64,000 nucleotides of DNA from Vicinamibacterales bacterium (GTDB lineage: Bacteria > Acidobacteriota > Vicinamibacteria > Vicinamibacterales > CAVVIG01). A program made the position numbers and the translations under genes. Under the pieces are notes generated by a model, which searched no databases, was not told the origin of the DNA, and saw only the letters and a program-made list of their open reading frames with translations. Location: the NCBI GenBank assembly GCA_036489235.1, contig DASXGC010000031.1, forward strand, positions 13-64,012, in the 5' to 3' direction. Below, in pieces: positions 52,873 through 62,152 of this stretch (the first letter of the stretch is position 1; each line of letters begins with the position of its first letter).

Positions 52873-54219
52873 CCTCTGTAGCCGTTCCACCTCTTCGCGA
52901 AAGCGGCGACCACGTTCCGCATAGTCCCGAAACATGTCGAAGCTCGCGCACGCCGGCGCCAGCAGCACGGTTCCTGACGGCTGTGCCAACTCGTAGGCAC
53001 GCGCCACCGCCTGACCAAGCGTCTCCGCCTCGTACACCTCCACCGCGCCGTCGAGTGCGTCGCGCACAAGTGGACGCGCTTCGCCAATCGCCACCACGGC
53101 CTTGCCGCGCTCCTCGAGCGGCCCGCGCAACAACCGCAGATCGCCGCCTTTGAAACGTCCGCCGATGATTGCGACCAGATCACGGTCGAAGCTCTCGATC
53201 GAGCGCAGCGCCGACTCGACGTTGGTCGCCTTCGAGTCGTTCACGAACCGGACGCCGCCGACATCGGCGACCAGTTCCATGGCGTGCTCGAGGCCGTGAA
53301 AGCCATCGAGAGCGGCGGTCATCGCCTCGCGAGGCGCGCCGGCGATCGCCCCGACCGTGGCTGCCGCCATCACGTCGTTGACCAGATGTGGACCGAGCAG
53401 ATGAATGGCGTTCAGCGGTACCAGACGCGTTGTGCTGGCGCCGCGGCGATCGACGATCCAGCCGTCATCGACAATCGTGCCGTCGGCGATCGCGCCGGCG
53501 CGCGAGAACAGCCGGGTGGTGGCGCGTGCATGGCGCGCCAGCGCCAGGACGCCCGGGTCGTCGGCGTTGATCACGGCGAAATCGCCGGCGTCCTGGTTCT
53601 CGAAGATCCGCGCTTTGGCCGCGCCGTACGACTCGACATCAACGTGGCGGTCGAGGTGGTCGGGCGAGAAATTCAACATCACCGCGATCCACGGGTGGAA
53701 CGTGTCGATCTGCTCGAGCTGAAAGCTGCTTGCCTCGACGACGTGAAACGTGTCTGGCGTCGAGTCGGATACCTGCGCACTCAGCGGCGCGCCGATGTTG
53801 CCGCCGACCGCTACCTTGAAGCCGGCTGCCGCCAGCATCCGGCCTGTCAGGGTGGTGGTCGTCGATTTGCCTTTGGTGCCGGTGATCGCGATCACCTTGC
53901 CTTGCAGCCAGCGCGACGCGAGCTCGATCTCCGCGATCACTGGAATTCCCTGGTCACGCGCGGCCTGAATCACCGGCTGATCGGGGGGCACCCCGGGACT
54001 CAGCACCACGAGGTCGGCATCGACGAAGGTCTGGCGCGTGTGACCGCCCAGCTCGAGCGCGATCCCGAGCGAGCGCAGGTGATCCGCCTCGGGCAGCGAC
54101 GATCTCGCGTCCGACAAGGTCACGCGCGCGCCGCGGCGCGCCAGCAGCTCCGCGGCGGCCAGCCCGCTGCGGGCCGCTCCGGCCACGGTCACCCGTTTGT
54201 GTGCGACGTCGAATCCCAC
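52858..54219 (-). CDS. murD: UDP-N-acetylmuramoylalanine--D-glutamate ligase
   Basis: 'VTVAGAARSGLAAAELL', 'ITGTKGKSTTTTL' and 'NDSKATN' match. Start is placed at GTG 54219, the first start downstream of the mraY stop. The track's 491-aa version overlaps mraY by 88 nt. Confidence 0.9.
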   Translation of the reverse strand: MGFDVAHKRVTVAGAARSGLAAAELLARRGARVTLSDARSSLPEADHLRSLGIALELGGHTRQTFVDADLVVLSPGVPPDQPVIQAARDQGIPVIAEIELASRWLQGKVIAITGTKGKSTTTTLTGRMLAAAGFKVAVGGNIGAPLSAQVSDSTPDTFHVVEASSFQLEQIDTFHPWIAVMLNFSPDHLDRHVDVESYGAAKARIFENQDAGDFAVINADDPGVLALARHARATTRLFSRAGAIADGTIVDDGWIVDRRGASTTRLVPLNAIHLLGPHLVNDVMAAATVGAIAGAPREAMTAALDGFHGLEHAMELVADVGGVRFVNDSKATNVESALRSIESFDRDLVAIIGGRFKGGDLRLLRGPLEERGKAVVAIGEARPLVRDALDGAVEVYEAETLGQAVARAYELAQPSGTVLLAPACASFDMFRDYAERGRRFREEVERLQRMANG

Positions 54220-54245
54220 TGCCTGTTCTATCCTCAGCCCTGTCC

Positions 54246-55340
54246 CTAACGAAGTTTCAGCGTCGCCAGACTGCACAACGAGAAAATGATTCCGAGAATC
54301 ACGAAACGCGTGATCACCTTCGGCTCGCTCCACCCGCTCAACTCGAAGTGATGGTGGAGCGGCGCCATGCGGAAGACGCGCTTGCCGCCGGTGGCCTTGA
54401 AGTACGAGACCTGCATCACCACCGACAGCGCCTCGAGCACGAAGATGCCACCGACGATCGGCAGCAGCAGTTCCTGCTTGATCAGAATCGCAACGATGCC
54501 GAGCGCGGCGCCAAGCGCCAGCGAGCCGACGTCGCCCATGAAAATTTCGGCGGGGTACGAGTTGTACCAGAGGAATCCGAGCGAGGCGCCCACCAGTGAG
54601 CCACAGAACACCGTCAGCTCCGCGGCCTGCGGAAAGCGGACCAGCAGCAGGTACTCGGCGAAGACGCGGTGGCCGGTGACGTAGGCCAGCGCGGTGTAGG
54701 CGCTGGCCGCGATGGCGAACACGCTGATCGCGAGACCGTCGAGGCCGTCGGTCAGGTTGACGGCGTTCGACTCGGCCACCAGGACGAACACCGCGAAGAT
54801 CAGGTAGCCGTAGCCGAGATCCGGGATCAGGTTCTTGAAGAACGGAAAGACCAGCCGGGTGCTATAGAGGCCCTTGTACTGCAGGTACAGGAGCACGCCG
54901 CCAACCGCCACTGCGATCAGGATCTGAAATCCCATCTTGTAGCGCGGCAGCAGACCATGATGCGAACGACGGACGATCTTCAGGTAGTCGTCGGCAAAGC
55001 CGATCGCACCGAATCCCGCGGTTGTCAGCACTGCAATCCACACGTACGAATTCGTGAGATCCGCCCACAACAACGTCGGCACCAGCGCCGCCGCCAGAAT
55101 CAGCAATCCACCCATCGTCGGCGTACCGGCCTTGGGCCGGTGACTCTGCGGTCCGTCCGACCGCACCACCTGTCCGATCTGGAACTCGCGCAGCTTGCGA
55201 ATCAGCAACGGTCCGAACACCAGGCTGATCGCCAGCGCCGAGAGCGTCGCCGCCGCAGTGCGGAAGGTGATGTATCGCGTCACGTTCAACACCGACAACG
55301 ATGGATAAGTGTGAAAGCGGTACAGCAGCTGATACAGCAT
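54246..55340 (-). CDS. mraY: Phospho-N-acetylmuramoyl-pentapeptide transferase
   Basis: 'KAGTPTMGG', 'DDYLK', 'NAVNLTDGLDGLA', 'GDVGSLALG' and 'PLHHHFE' match. Confidence 0.96.
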   Translation of the reverse strand: MLYQLLYRFHTYPSLSVLNVTRYITFRTAAATLSALAISLVFGPLLIRKLREFQIGQVVRSDGPQSHRPKAGTPTMGGLLILAAALVPTLLWADLTNSYVWIAVLTTAGFGAIGFADDYLKIVRRSHHGLLPRYKMGFQILIAVAVGGVLLYLQYKGLYSTRLVFPFFKNLIPDLGYGYLIFAVFVLVAESNAVNLTDGLDGLAISVFAIAASAYTALAYVTGHRVFAEYLLLVRFPQAAELTVFCGSLVGASLGFLWYNSYPAEIFMGDVGSLALGAALGIVAILIKQELLLPIVGGIFVLEALSVVMQVSYFKATGGKRVFRMAPLHHHFELSGWSEPKVITRFVILGIIFSLCSLATLKLR

Positions 55341-56854
55341 CAGGTCCGCTCCGCCTTCAACCGATCGACCACGCGATCCGTTCTGATACCGCGCGAGCCT
55401 TTCACCAGCACCAGATCGCCCGGTTGCACCACCGCCGCAACCGCGTCGGCAGCCGCGTCGCTGGTGGCGTAGTGCCGCACGCTGTCGGCGGACATTCCGG
55501 ACGCGATCGCGGCGCCGGCGAGCGCTGCCGCCGGCGTCCCGCCGACCGCGAATAGCAGATCCACCGGCGCTGTCGCAGCAGCGCGGCCGACCTCTTCGTG
55601 CAAATCCACGGCTCGAGCGCCGAGTTCGAGCATCTCGCCGAGCACCGCAACCCGACGGCCGGCCGAGCTTCCGGCCAGAACTTCGAGTGCGCGCCTGGTG
55701 GCAGTCGGGTTTGCGTTGTAGCTGTCGTCGATCACGGTCACGTGATCGCGCAGACGAACCACCTCGCCGCGATGCGCCGCCGGTTTCAGGTGCGCGGCCC
55801 GATCGCGAATCACGTCCAACGGGACGTCACACTCCAATGCCACCGCCGCCGCCGCCAATACGTTCGACAGATTGCCCCGGCCGATCAGCGGCGAGCGAAG
55901 GTCGATCTCGCCCTTGGCGGTCGTGACCCGCGCCTCCACGCCTTCGATGCCCCTGTCGATCACGTCACGCGCCCTGACGTCGGCATCGTGCTCGACGCCA
56001 AAGGTCACAGTCCGTCCGGCAAAGCCACCCGTCCGCGCCGTAATCCGCTCGTCGTCGGCGTTCGCAACGAGCACGGTCGAGGCGGCGGCGCCCTCGAGAA
56101 TCTCCGCCTTGGCATCGGCGATGGCGTCGAGCGAGGCGAAAAAGCCCAGGTGGGCTTCGCCCACATTGGTCCATACCCGGACGTCGGGTTCGGCGAGCCG
56201 GGTCAGCGTGCTGATCTCACCAGCGTGGTTCATCCCCAATTCGACGACAGCGATCTCCGGCCGCTGCCTCAACTCGATGAGCGACAGTGGCAGGCCGATG
56301 TGGTTGTTCAAGTTCCCGCGGTTTCGAATGACCCGGTACCGCGCCGCGAGAAACTCGCTCGTCACTTCCTTGGTCGTGGTCTTTCCCGCGCTTCCGGTAA
56401 TGGCCACGACTTTCGTTCCCGATGCGCGACGAACCGCGCGTCCCAACCGCTGCAGCGCCGTGGTCGTATCGTCCACTTCGATCACGACCGACTCGATCGC
56501 GCCACCTTCTCGCAGGGGCGGAGCTTGCTCTGCTCGAATAGTCTCTTGCTCCGTCCGAATGGCCTCTTGCTTCACCCGAGTGGCCGACCAAGGTCGGCCA
56601 CTGCGCGCCGCCCACCCGCGCGGAACCACGACGCCGCCCGCACCGGCCGCGATCGCCGCGCCGGCGAACTCGCTGCCGTCGAAGCGGTCACCACGAATGG
56701 CGATAAATAGATCGCCGGGCGTCAACGTGCGCGTATCGATCGACACGTTCGCGAATTGCCGCGCCGGATCACCCTGCACAATCACGCCGCCCGTCCCGTC
56801 CGCCACCCATTGGGCAACGAGCGGGATTGCCGTTTCCGCCGAACCCGGCGTCAT
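55340..56854 (-). CDS. murF: UDP-N-acetylmuramoyl-tripeptide--D-alanyl-D-alanine ligase, with an unusual repeat-encoded insertion in the N-terminal domain
   Basis: 'DTRTLTPGDLFIAIRGDRFDG', 'ITGSAGKTTTKE' and 'DDSYNANP' match. The insertion 'RSGRPWSATRVKQEAIRTEQETIRAEQAPPLREGG' has no counterpart in E. coli MurF as I recall it. Confidence 0.93.
   Translation of the reverse strand: MTPGSAETAIPLVAQWVADGTGGVIVQGDPARQFANVSIDTRTLTPGDLFIAIRGDRFDGSEFAGAAIAAGAGGVVVPRGWAARSGRPWSATRVKQEAIRTEQETIRAEQAPPLREGGAIESVVIEVDDTTTALQRLGRAVRRASGTKVVAITGSAGKTTTKEVTSEFLAARYRVIRNRGNLNNHIGLPLSLIELRQRPEIAVVELGMNHAGEISTLTRLAEPDVRVWTNVGEAHLGFFASLDAIADAKAEILEGAAASTVLVANADDERITARTGGFAGRTVTFGVEHDADVRARDVIDRGIEGVEARVTTAKGEIDLRSPLIGRGNLSNVLAAAAVALECDVPLDVIRDRAAHLKPAAHRGEVVRLRDHVTVIDDSYNANPTATRRALEVLAGSSAGRRVAVLGEMLELGARAVDLHEEVGRAAATAPVDLLFAVGGTPAAALAGAAIASGMSADSVRHYATSDAAADAVAAVVQPGDLVLVKGSRGIRTDRVVDRLKAERT
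56524..56601. repeat. Three 21-bp tandem units followed by a perfect 10-bp-arm palindrome, inside murF
   Basis: The units are 56524-56544 'cttgctctgctcgaatagtct', 56545-56565 'cttgctccgtccgaatggcct' and 56566-56586 'cttgcttcacccgagtggccg'. The palindrome at 56580-56601 is GTGGCCGACC-AA-GGTCGGCCAC. Confidence 0.85.
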
Positions 56855-58356
56855 ACCACGCCCGATTTCGTGCGCCGCCGCGCCAGCGCCTCGCGCGCCA
56901 CCTCAACGTCGTCAAACGGCAGCACGCGGTCGCCAATCACCTGGTATTTCTCGTGTCCCTTGCCGGCGATGAGCACCAGATCGCCGGGCCGCGCGATCTC
57001 GATCGCCCGCGCGATCGCCGCGCGACGATCGACGATCGCGATCAGCGGCTGTCCTGTGTCCTTGCGCGTGTCGGGCGTGATGCCCCGCTGGATCTCCTCG
57101 ATGATTCGGCCGGGATCCTCACTGCGCGGGTTGTCCGACGTGATCACGATGACGTCGCTCAATCGCCCCGCGACCACGCCCATCAACGGCCGCTTCGTGC
57201 GATCGCGATCACCGCCGCAGCCGAATACCGTGACGAGCCGACCGCGGGTGAGCGGCCGCGCCGTTTCGAGCAGGTTGCGCAGCGCATCGTCGGTGTGCGC
57301 GTAGTCGACGATGACGGTGACCTCGTCGTTCGCGCCAGACACCTTTTGGAAGCGGCCGGGAACGCCTTCGAGTCCCTGGAGTCCGCGTTCGATCGCGTCG
57401 AACGGCACATCAAGCGCGACCGCGGTGGAGACCGCCGCGAGCACGTTGTAGACATTGGGCCGCCCGACCAGCTTCGAACGAACGTGCAGCGTCCCGCGTG
57501 GCGTCCGCACGTCGAACGACAACCCGTCGAGCGAAAACGATAGTGGGCCGGGTGAAATGTCGGCGGGCCGATTGATGCCGTAGGTGACCGGCCGGCCGCC
57601 GACGTCGAAGAGTGACGAGCCGCGCGGATCGTCCACGTTGAGGAGACTCGGGGCGTCGTGCGGCAGCATTTCGAACAGCCGACGCTTGGCACGGAAGTAC
57701 TCGTCCATGTCAGCGTGGAAGTCGAGATGGTCGCGGGTCAGGTTCGTGAACACCGCCGCGGCGAAGGTGATGCCGTCTACACGCCTGAGCGACAACGCAT
57801 GCGAGGACACTTCCATGGCGCACGCGCCGCAACCGCGGTCCACCATCTCGCGAAGCAGAGCCTGGACCTCGGGGGCCTCGGGCGTGGTCCGAGTCGCCTC
57901 GCGCGTCGTGTCGCCGATTCGATATCCGACGGTCCCGAGCAGGCCGGATCGGACACCCGCCGCCTCGAAAATTGCCGCGAGCAAGTACGCGGTGGTCGTT
58001 TTTCCGTTGGTCCCGGTGATGCCGACGACCCGCATCTCACTGCTCGGATCGCGGTAGAACGCGGTCGCCAGTATCGCCAGCGCAAGCCGCGCGTCGTTGA
58101 CGACGACCCAGGGGACTCGGATGCCGCTCAATGCGGGCTGTTCGGAAACGATCACCGCGGCGCCGCGTTCGATCGCCTGGCGGGCGAAGGCGGTGCCATC
58201 CGCGTGGAGTCCTTTCAGCGCGACAAACACCTGGCCGGCCGCGACGAGGCGCGAGTCGTAGGCCACGCCGGTAATCACGACATCGGCGCCCGGCGTCGTC
58301 ACGCCGGCGGCGAGACCGTAACCGACCAGCGCCGTCTGCAGATCGGCCCAGGTCAT
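56851..58356 (-). CDS. murE: UDP-N-acetylmuramoyl-L-alanyl-D-glutamate--2,6-diaminopimelate ligase
   Basis: 'GITGTNGKTTTAYL', 'DYAHTDDAL' and the 'DNPR' motif ('TSDNPRSEDP'), which is typical of meso-DAP-adding MurE. Confidence 0.95.
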   Translation of the reverse strand: MTWADLQTALVGYGLAAGVTTPGADVVITGVAYDSRLVAAGQVFVALKGLHADGTAFARQAIERGAAVIVSEQPALSGIRVPWVVVNDARLALAILATAFYRDPSSEMRVVGITGTNGKTTTAYLLAAIFEAAGVRSGLLGTVGYRIGDTTREATRTTPEAPEVQALLREMVDRGCGACAMEVSSHALSLRRVDGITFAAAVFTNLTRDHLDFHADMDEYFRAKRRLFEMLPHDAPSLLNVDDPRGSSLFDVGGRPVTYGINRPADISPGPLSFSLDGLSFDVRTPRGTLHVRSKLVGRPNVYNVLAAVSTAVALDVPFDAIERGLQGLEGVPGRFQKVSGANDEVTVIVDYAHTDDALRNLLETARPLTRGRLVTVFGCGGDRDRTKRPLMGVVAGRLSDVIVITSDNPRSEDPGRIIEEIQRGITPDTRKDTGQPLIAIVDRRAAIARAIEIARPGDLVLIAGKGHEKYQVIGDRVLPFDDVEVAREALARRRTKSGVV

Positions 58357-60371
58357 GGCTGCGTTGCGCGGGCCGGATGCCGCGCCGGTTGACGTTCGAG
58401 CACCAGACGGCAGAGACCGTCGGGTTCAATCGGCGTACCTGGCGGCGGATTTTGCGAAACGACCACGCCGTCGCCGGAGAGACGTGGATTCAGTCCGAGC
58501 GTCACCAGCTGACGCACGGCGTCGCGCGCGCTCAGTCCCTCGAGGTTCGGCACCGTCCCGGACGGTTCGTCAGTCACGAAGCTGACCCGGGGCGAATCGC
58601 CGCCCGTGGGCGGCTCAACGTTGTTCTGGGCCGCGACGAGCACGGGCGCCGACGGATTAATCGTCGGACCGATCCCGAGATATGGAAGCGCGGCCTCGGC
58701 AATCCGCTTGAACACCGGACCCGACACCGGTCCGCCGGTATTCAGTCCCGCATGCGGCGAGTCGGTGACGACGATGATCGCGAGCTCCGGATTGCGCGAC
58801 GGAATGAACCCGACGAACGAGCAGTTGTAGTCCGTGGTCGAATAGTGGCCGTTGACTAGTTTGGCCGCGGTGCCGGTCTTGCCGGCAACCGTATAGCCGG
58901 GAATCTGCGCGGTGCGCGCAGTACCGCGATCGACGACGCCTTCCATGATCTCGGTGAGCGTGGCGACGGTTTCCGGCGTGATGGTTCGGCGAACGACCTT
59001 CGGTGGCACGGCGTATCGGCGGTTGTCGCTATAGATGGCGCGGACGACGTGTGGTTGCACCATCTCGCCGCCGTTGGCGACGGAGCTCACCGCCGTCAAC
59101 ATCTGCAGCGCGGTGACGCCAACCTGATAACCCATCGACACCGAAGCCAGCGCGCTTTCGTTCAACTTGTCGACCGGCCAGACGATGCCGGGGCTCTCAC
59201 TGGGAAAGTCCGTCGAGACGGGATGGCCAAAACCGTAACGCTCGACGTAGCGGCTGAGCCGCTCGGCGCCCACCTTGAAGCCAATCTTGATCGCGCCGAT
59301 GTTGCTCGAATGGATGATCACGTCAGCCATCGACAGCACGCCGTAGTCGTGATGGCTGGCTTCGGTGACCGGCTTGGGCCGACCAAAGATGTGCAGGATC
59401 CCCGGGTGTGTGTCGATCATGAAGGTGATCGGCATCACGCGTTCTTCGATTGCGGCGGACACGGTTACCAGCTTGAACGTCGATCCCGGTTCGTAGAGAT
59501 CCTGCACGGCGCGGTTGCGCCGATCCTCGTCCTCGTATTCGCGATAGGCGTTCGGATTGAACGTCGGCTCGTTGGCCATCGCCAGAATCTCACCGGTGTG
59601 GGGATTCATGATGATGGCGGTGCCGCCGACGGCGCGGTTCTGCAGCACACCTGCGTGCAGCTCGCGTTCGGCGACATGCTGCAGGTATTCGTCGATGGTC
59701 AGCTCGACGGTCGAGCCGGTCGTCGGCGGCTGCTCGAAACGGGCGTACGCCTGGTGCTTGGCGTCGGTCTGCACGATGACGGTGCCGACCTTGCCGCGGA
59801 TTTTCGAGTCGTAGGTCGATTCGATGCCGCTCAGTCCGCGGTTGTCGATGCCGACGTACCCAAGCAGGTGCGCAGCGAGCTCGCGGTTCGGGTAGAAGCG
59901 CTTGCTCTCCTTGACCGAGCCGATGCCGTCGAGGTTGAGGTCGGCGATCCGGCGCGCGACATCAGGCGCGATCTGGCGACGGACGTACGCGAACTGCTTC
60001 GACTTGCCCAGCTTCTCGGTGAGTGCCTGGCGCTCTTTGTTGGTGCAATCGCCGAAGGCGACACACAGCTTCGCGACGGTCGTTTTGACCTCGTCGATCT
60101 CGCTCGGCACCGCGATGATCGTGTCGGCGTCGACGCTCATCGCGAGGACACGGCCGTGCCGATCGAGGATGTCGGCGCGCTTGGCGGGCAGGAACTGGGT
60201 GCGCTCCTGCTGACGTCCTGCCCGCGCCACCAGGTCGGCGTGCCGGAAGACCTGAAGGAAGACGAGTCGCGCCTCGATGCCGCCGACCCACAGGCCGAGC
60301 ACCACCGACACGACGCTGAGACGCCGTAAAAGCGAGCTGTGCCAGTTCGTGGACGCCGGAGTTTTCATCAC
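58353..60371 (-). CDS. ftsI: Division-specific class B penicillin-binding protein (FtsI/PBP3-type) with C-terminal PASTA domain
   Basis: The SxxK motif is 'GSTFK', SxN is 'HSSN', and KTG is 'GKTGTA'. The C-terminus 'VPNLEGLSARDAVRQLVTLGLNPRLSGDGVVVSQNPPPGTPI' fits PASTA. Confidence 0.92.
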   Translation of the reverse strand: MMKTPASTNWHSSLLRRLSVVSVVLGLWVGGIEARLVFLQVFRHADLVARAGRQQERTQFLPAKRADILDRHGRVLAMSVDADTIIAVPSEIDEVKTTVAKLCVAFGDCTNKERQALTEKLGKSKQFAYVRRQIAPDVARRIADLNLDGIGSVKESKRFYPNRELAAHLLGYVGIDNRGLSGIESTYDSKIRGKVGTVIVQTDAKHQAYARFEQPPTTGSTVELTIDEYLQHVAERELHAGVLQNRAVGGTAIIMNPHTGEILAMANEPTFNPNAYREYEDEDRRNRAVQDLYEPGSTFKLVTVSAAIEERVMPITFMIDTHPGILHIFGRPKPVTEASHHDYGVLSMADVIIHSSNIGAIKIGFKVGAERLSRYVERYGFGHPVSTDFPSESPGIVWPVDKLNESALASVSMGYQVGVTALQMLTAVSSVANGGEMVQPHVVRAIYSDNRRYAVPPKVVRRTITPETVATLTEIMEGVVDRGTARTAQIPGYTVAGKTGTAAKLVNGHYSTTDYNCSFVGFIPSRNPELAIIVVTDSPHAGLNTGGPVSGPVFKRIAEAALPYLGIGPTINPSAPVLVAAQNNVEPPTGGDSPRVSFVTDEPSGTVPNLEGLSARDAVRQLVTLGLNPRLSGDGVVVSQNPPPGTPIEPDGLCRLVLERQPARHPARATQP

Positions 60372-60754
60372 CGCGACGCAACGATCGATTTCGCCGGCGG
60401 ATCTGCCGGCTTCGCGCGCTCAATCACGATCGCTTCGCCGCGCGCCGGCGCGACGAGATGGAGCGTTCCGGTGGCAAGCGCTTCAATCCGTTTCGGCGAG
60501 CGCAGGGCTTCGATCTCGAGACGCAGACGCCGGCCGGCTTCGTCTTCGGCCGCGCTCTGCCGCTTCATCGACTCGATCTCGTAGCCGTGCCGGAGCAGTT
60601 CGAAGTGCTGCCACGCCGAGAACAGCAGCACCAGCACGAGAAATCCGGCGACGCCGACCGACTTCCAGAGATCGCGCTGCCGCGCCTCGTCAACTTCGCG
60701 GACAATCGGATTGTTGCGGACGTCCTTCTTGACGGCGTATTCGAAGGGCTCCAT
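60368..60754 (-). CDS. ftsL: Cell division protein FtsL
   Basis: Size, position between rsmH and ftsI, a single TM segment ('VGVAGFLVLVLLFSAW') and a following coiled coil all fit. Confidence 0.8.
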   Translation of the reverse strand: MEPFEYAVKKDVRNNPIVREVDEARQRDLWKSVGVAGFLVLVLLFSAWQHFELLRHGYEIESMKRQSAAEDEAGRRLRLEIEALRSPKRIEALATGTLHLVAPARGEAIVIERAKPADPPAKSIVASR

Positions 60755-61635
60755 CAGGCCATCCTTTCAGCCGCGCGAAGCTTGGCGCTGCGGGCGCGCG
60801 GGTTCCGCGCCAGCTCGTCGTCGCCGGCGACGATCGGCTTCTTCGTCAGCACCCTGACCAAGCCGTCGCGCTGTTGCAGGGCGCGAAGCGTGTGCTTGAC
60901 GATACGATCCTCGAGCGAGTGGAAGGTGATGACGACCAGTCGTGCGGCCGTGCGGAGGCGGCGCACGGCGACGTCGACGAAACGGTCGAGACCGTCGAGC
61001 TCGCCGTTGACCCAGATGCGCAGCGCCTGAAAGGTTCGGGTCGCGGGATCGATGCGCTGGTAGCCGCGGTGCGGCACCGCGCGCCGGACCAGCGCCGCGA
61101 GCCGGCCGGTCGTGTCGATCGGCGTCTCGTGGCGCGTTTCCACGATCAGCCGCGCGATGCGGCGCGAAAAGCGCTCTTCCCCGAACTGGAAGATGGCGTC
61201 AGCGAGATCGCGTTCGGTCGAGCGGGCGACGAGATCCGCGGCGGTGTCGCCAGTGGTCTGATCCATGCGCATGTCGAGCGGCTCGTCGCGCTGGAAACTG
61301 AAGCCGCGGCCGGGCGCGTCGAACTGCATGGACGACACGCCGAGGTCGGCCAGGGCGCCGTCGATGCGATCGATGCGACGCTCATCGAGAACGGCATCAA
61401 TCGCGCGATAATCAGCGTGCACCAGCTCGACGCGGTCGCCCCAGGGGGCGAGCGATTCGCGGGCGTGGGCGAGCGCCACCGGGTCGCGATCGAACCCGAT
61501 GACGCGGGTGGCGCCGGCCTCGAGCAAGGCGCGGGAATGGCCGCCCAGTCCGACGGTGCAATCGACGAACAGGCCGCCCTGCTCCGGGCGGAGATGCTGG
61601 AGCGCTTCGGCGGTCATGACGGGGATGTGCATCAT
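60754..61635 (-). CDS. rsmH: 16S rRNA (cytosine1402-N4)-methyltransferase
   Basis: 'HIPVM', 'DCTVGLGGHS', 'DLGVSSMQFD' and 'ITFHSLEDRIVK' match. Confidence 0.95.
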   Translation of the reverse strand: MMHIPVMTAEALQHLRPEQGGLFVDCTVGLGGHSRALLEAGATRVIGFDRDPVALAHARESLAPWGDRVELVHADYRAIDAVLDERRIDRIDGALADLGVSSMQFDAPGRGFSFQRDEPLDMRMDQTTGDTAADLVARSTERDLADAIFQFGEERFSRRIARLIVETRHETPIDTTGRLAALVRRAVPHRGYQRIDPATRTFQALRIWVNGELDGLDRFVDVAVRRLRTAARLVVITFHSLEDRIVKHTLRALQQRDGLVRVLTKKPIVAGDDELARNPRARSAKLRAAERMA

Positions 61636-62075
61636 CAGATGCCGAACTCCGACAACGCCTTCGCGTCATCATCGGTATACGCGTCGCGTTGCAGCTTGAG
61701 GAGGAACCGATCGTGGTTCCAGACTTCGAGGTAGCTGTATTGGCCGAGGACATCGACATCGCCGCTCATCGTGGCGGTTTCGCGAAGGCGGGCGGGAATC
61801 AGCAGCCGGCCCTGGGTGTCGAGTTCGGCGACCTGGCCGAAGAAGTTCACGCGATCGAGGAAGCGGAGACGGGATGGATGGGTGGTTGGCATCTTCCCGA
61901 GTTTTTCCTCGATCTCGAGCCACACCGGCATCGGGTAGACGCGGGCGTACTCCCCGGTGAGGCTGGTGAGAAAGAGCTCTCGCCCGTACTTTGACTCGAG
62001 GAGCGAACGAAAGACGTTCGGCACCTTGAGTCGACCCTTGTCGTCGACACGGGCCTGTTCGTGGCCTCTAAACAC
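61635..62075 (-). CDS. mraZ: Division/cell wall cluster transcriptional regulator MraZ
   Basis: 'FRGHEQARVDDKGRLKVP' and the second SpoVT/AbrB-like repeat 'AELDTQGRLLIP' match. GTG start. Confidence 0.93.
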   Translation of the reverse strand: MFRGHEQARVDDKGRLKVPNVFRSLLESKYGRELFLTSLTGEYARVYPMPVWLEIEEKLGKMPTTHPSRLRFLDRVNFFGQVAELDTQGRLLIPARLRETATMSGDVDVLGQYSYLEVWNHDRFLLKLQRDAYTDDDAKALSEFGI

Positions 62076-62095
62076 ACCACGCCTCTATTCTTCGT

Positions 62096-62119
62096 CCACT
62101 TTTCTCCACAAATTTCCAC
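62096..62119 (-). promoter_or_regulatory. Candidate MraZ operator: three GTGG boxes with exact 10-bp phasing
   Basis: The minus sense reads 'GTGGaaatttGTGGagaaaaGTGGacga' (plus-strand CCAC at 62096, 62106 and 62116). It lies 21-44 nt upstream of the mraZ GTG, immediately downstream of the candidate -10. Confidence 0.6.
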
Positions 62120-62123
62120 GAGG

Positions 62124-62152
62124 ATGGTAAAGGACGGCCCACATGGTGTCAA
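62124..62152 (-). promoter_or_regulatory. Candidate sigma-70-type promoter of the dcw cluster (TTGACA-17-TACCAT)
   Basis: The minus sense reads 'TTGACAccatgtgggccgtccttTACCAT', with -35 at 62152-62147 and -10 at 62129-62124. The spacer is 17 nt, counted by hand. Confidence 0.5.
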
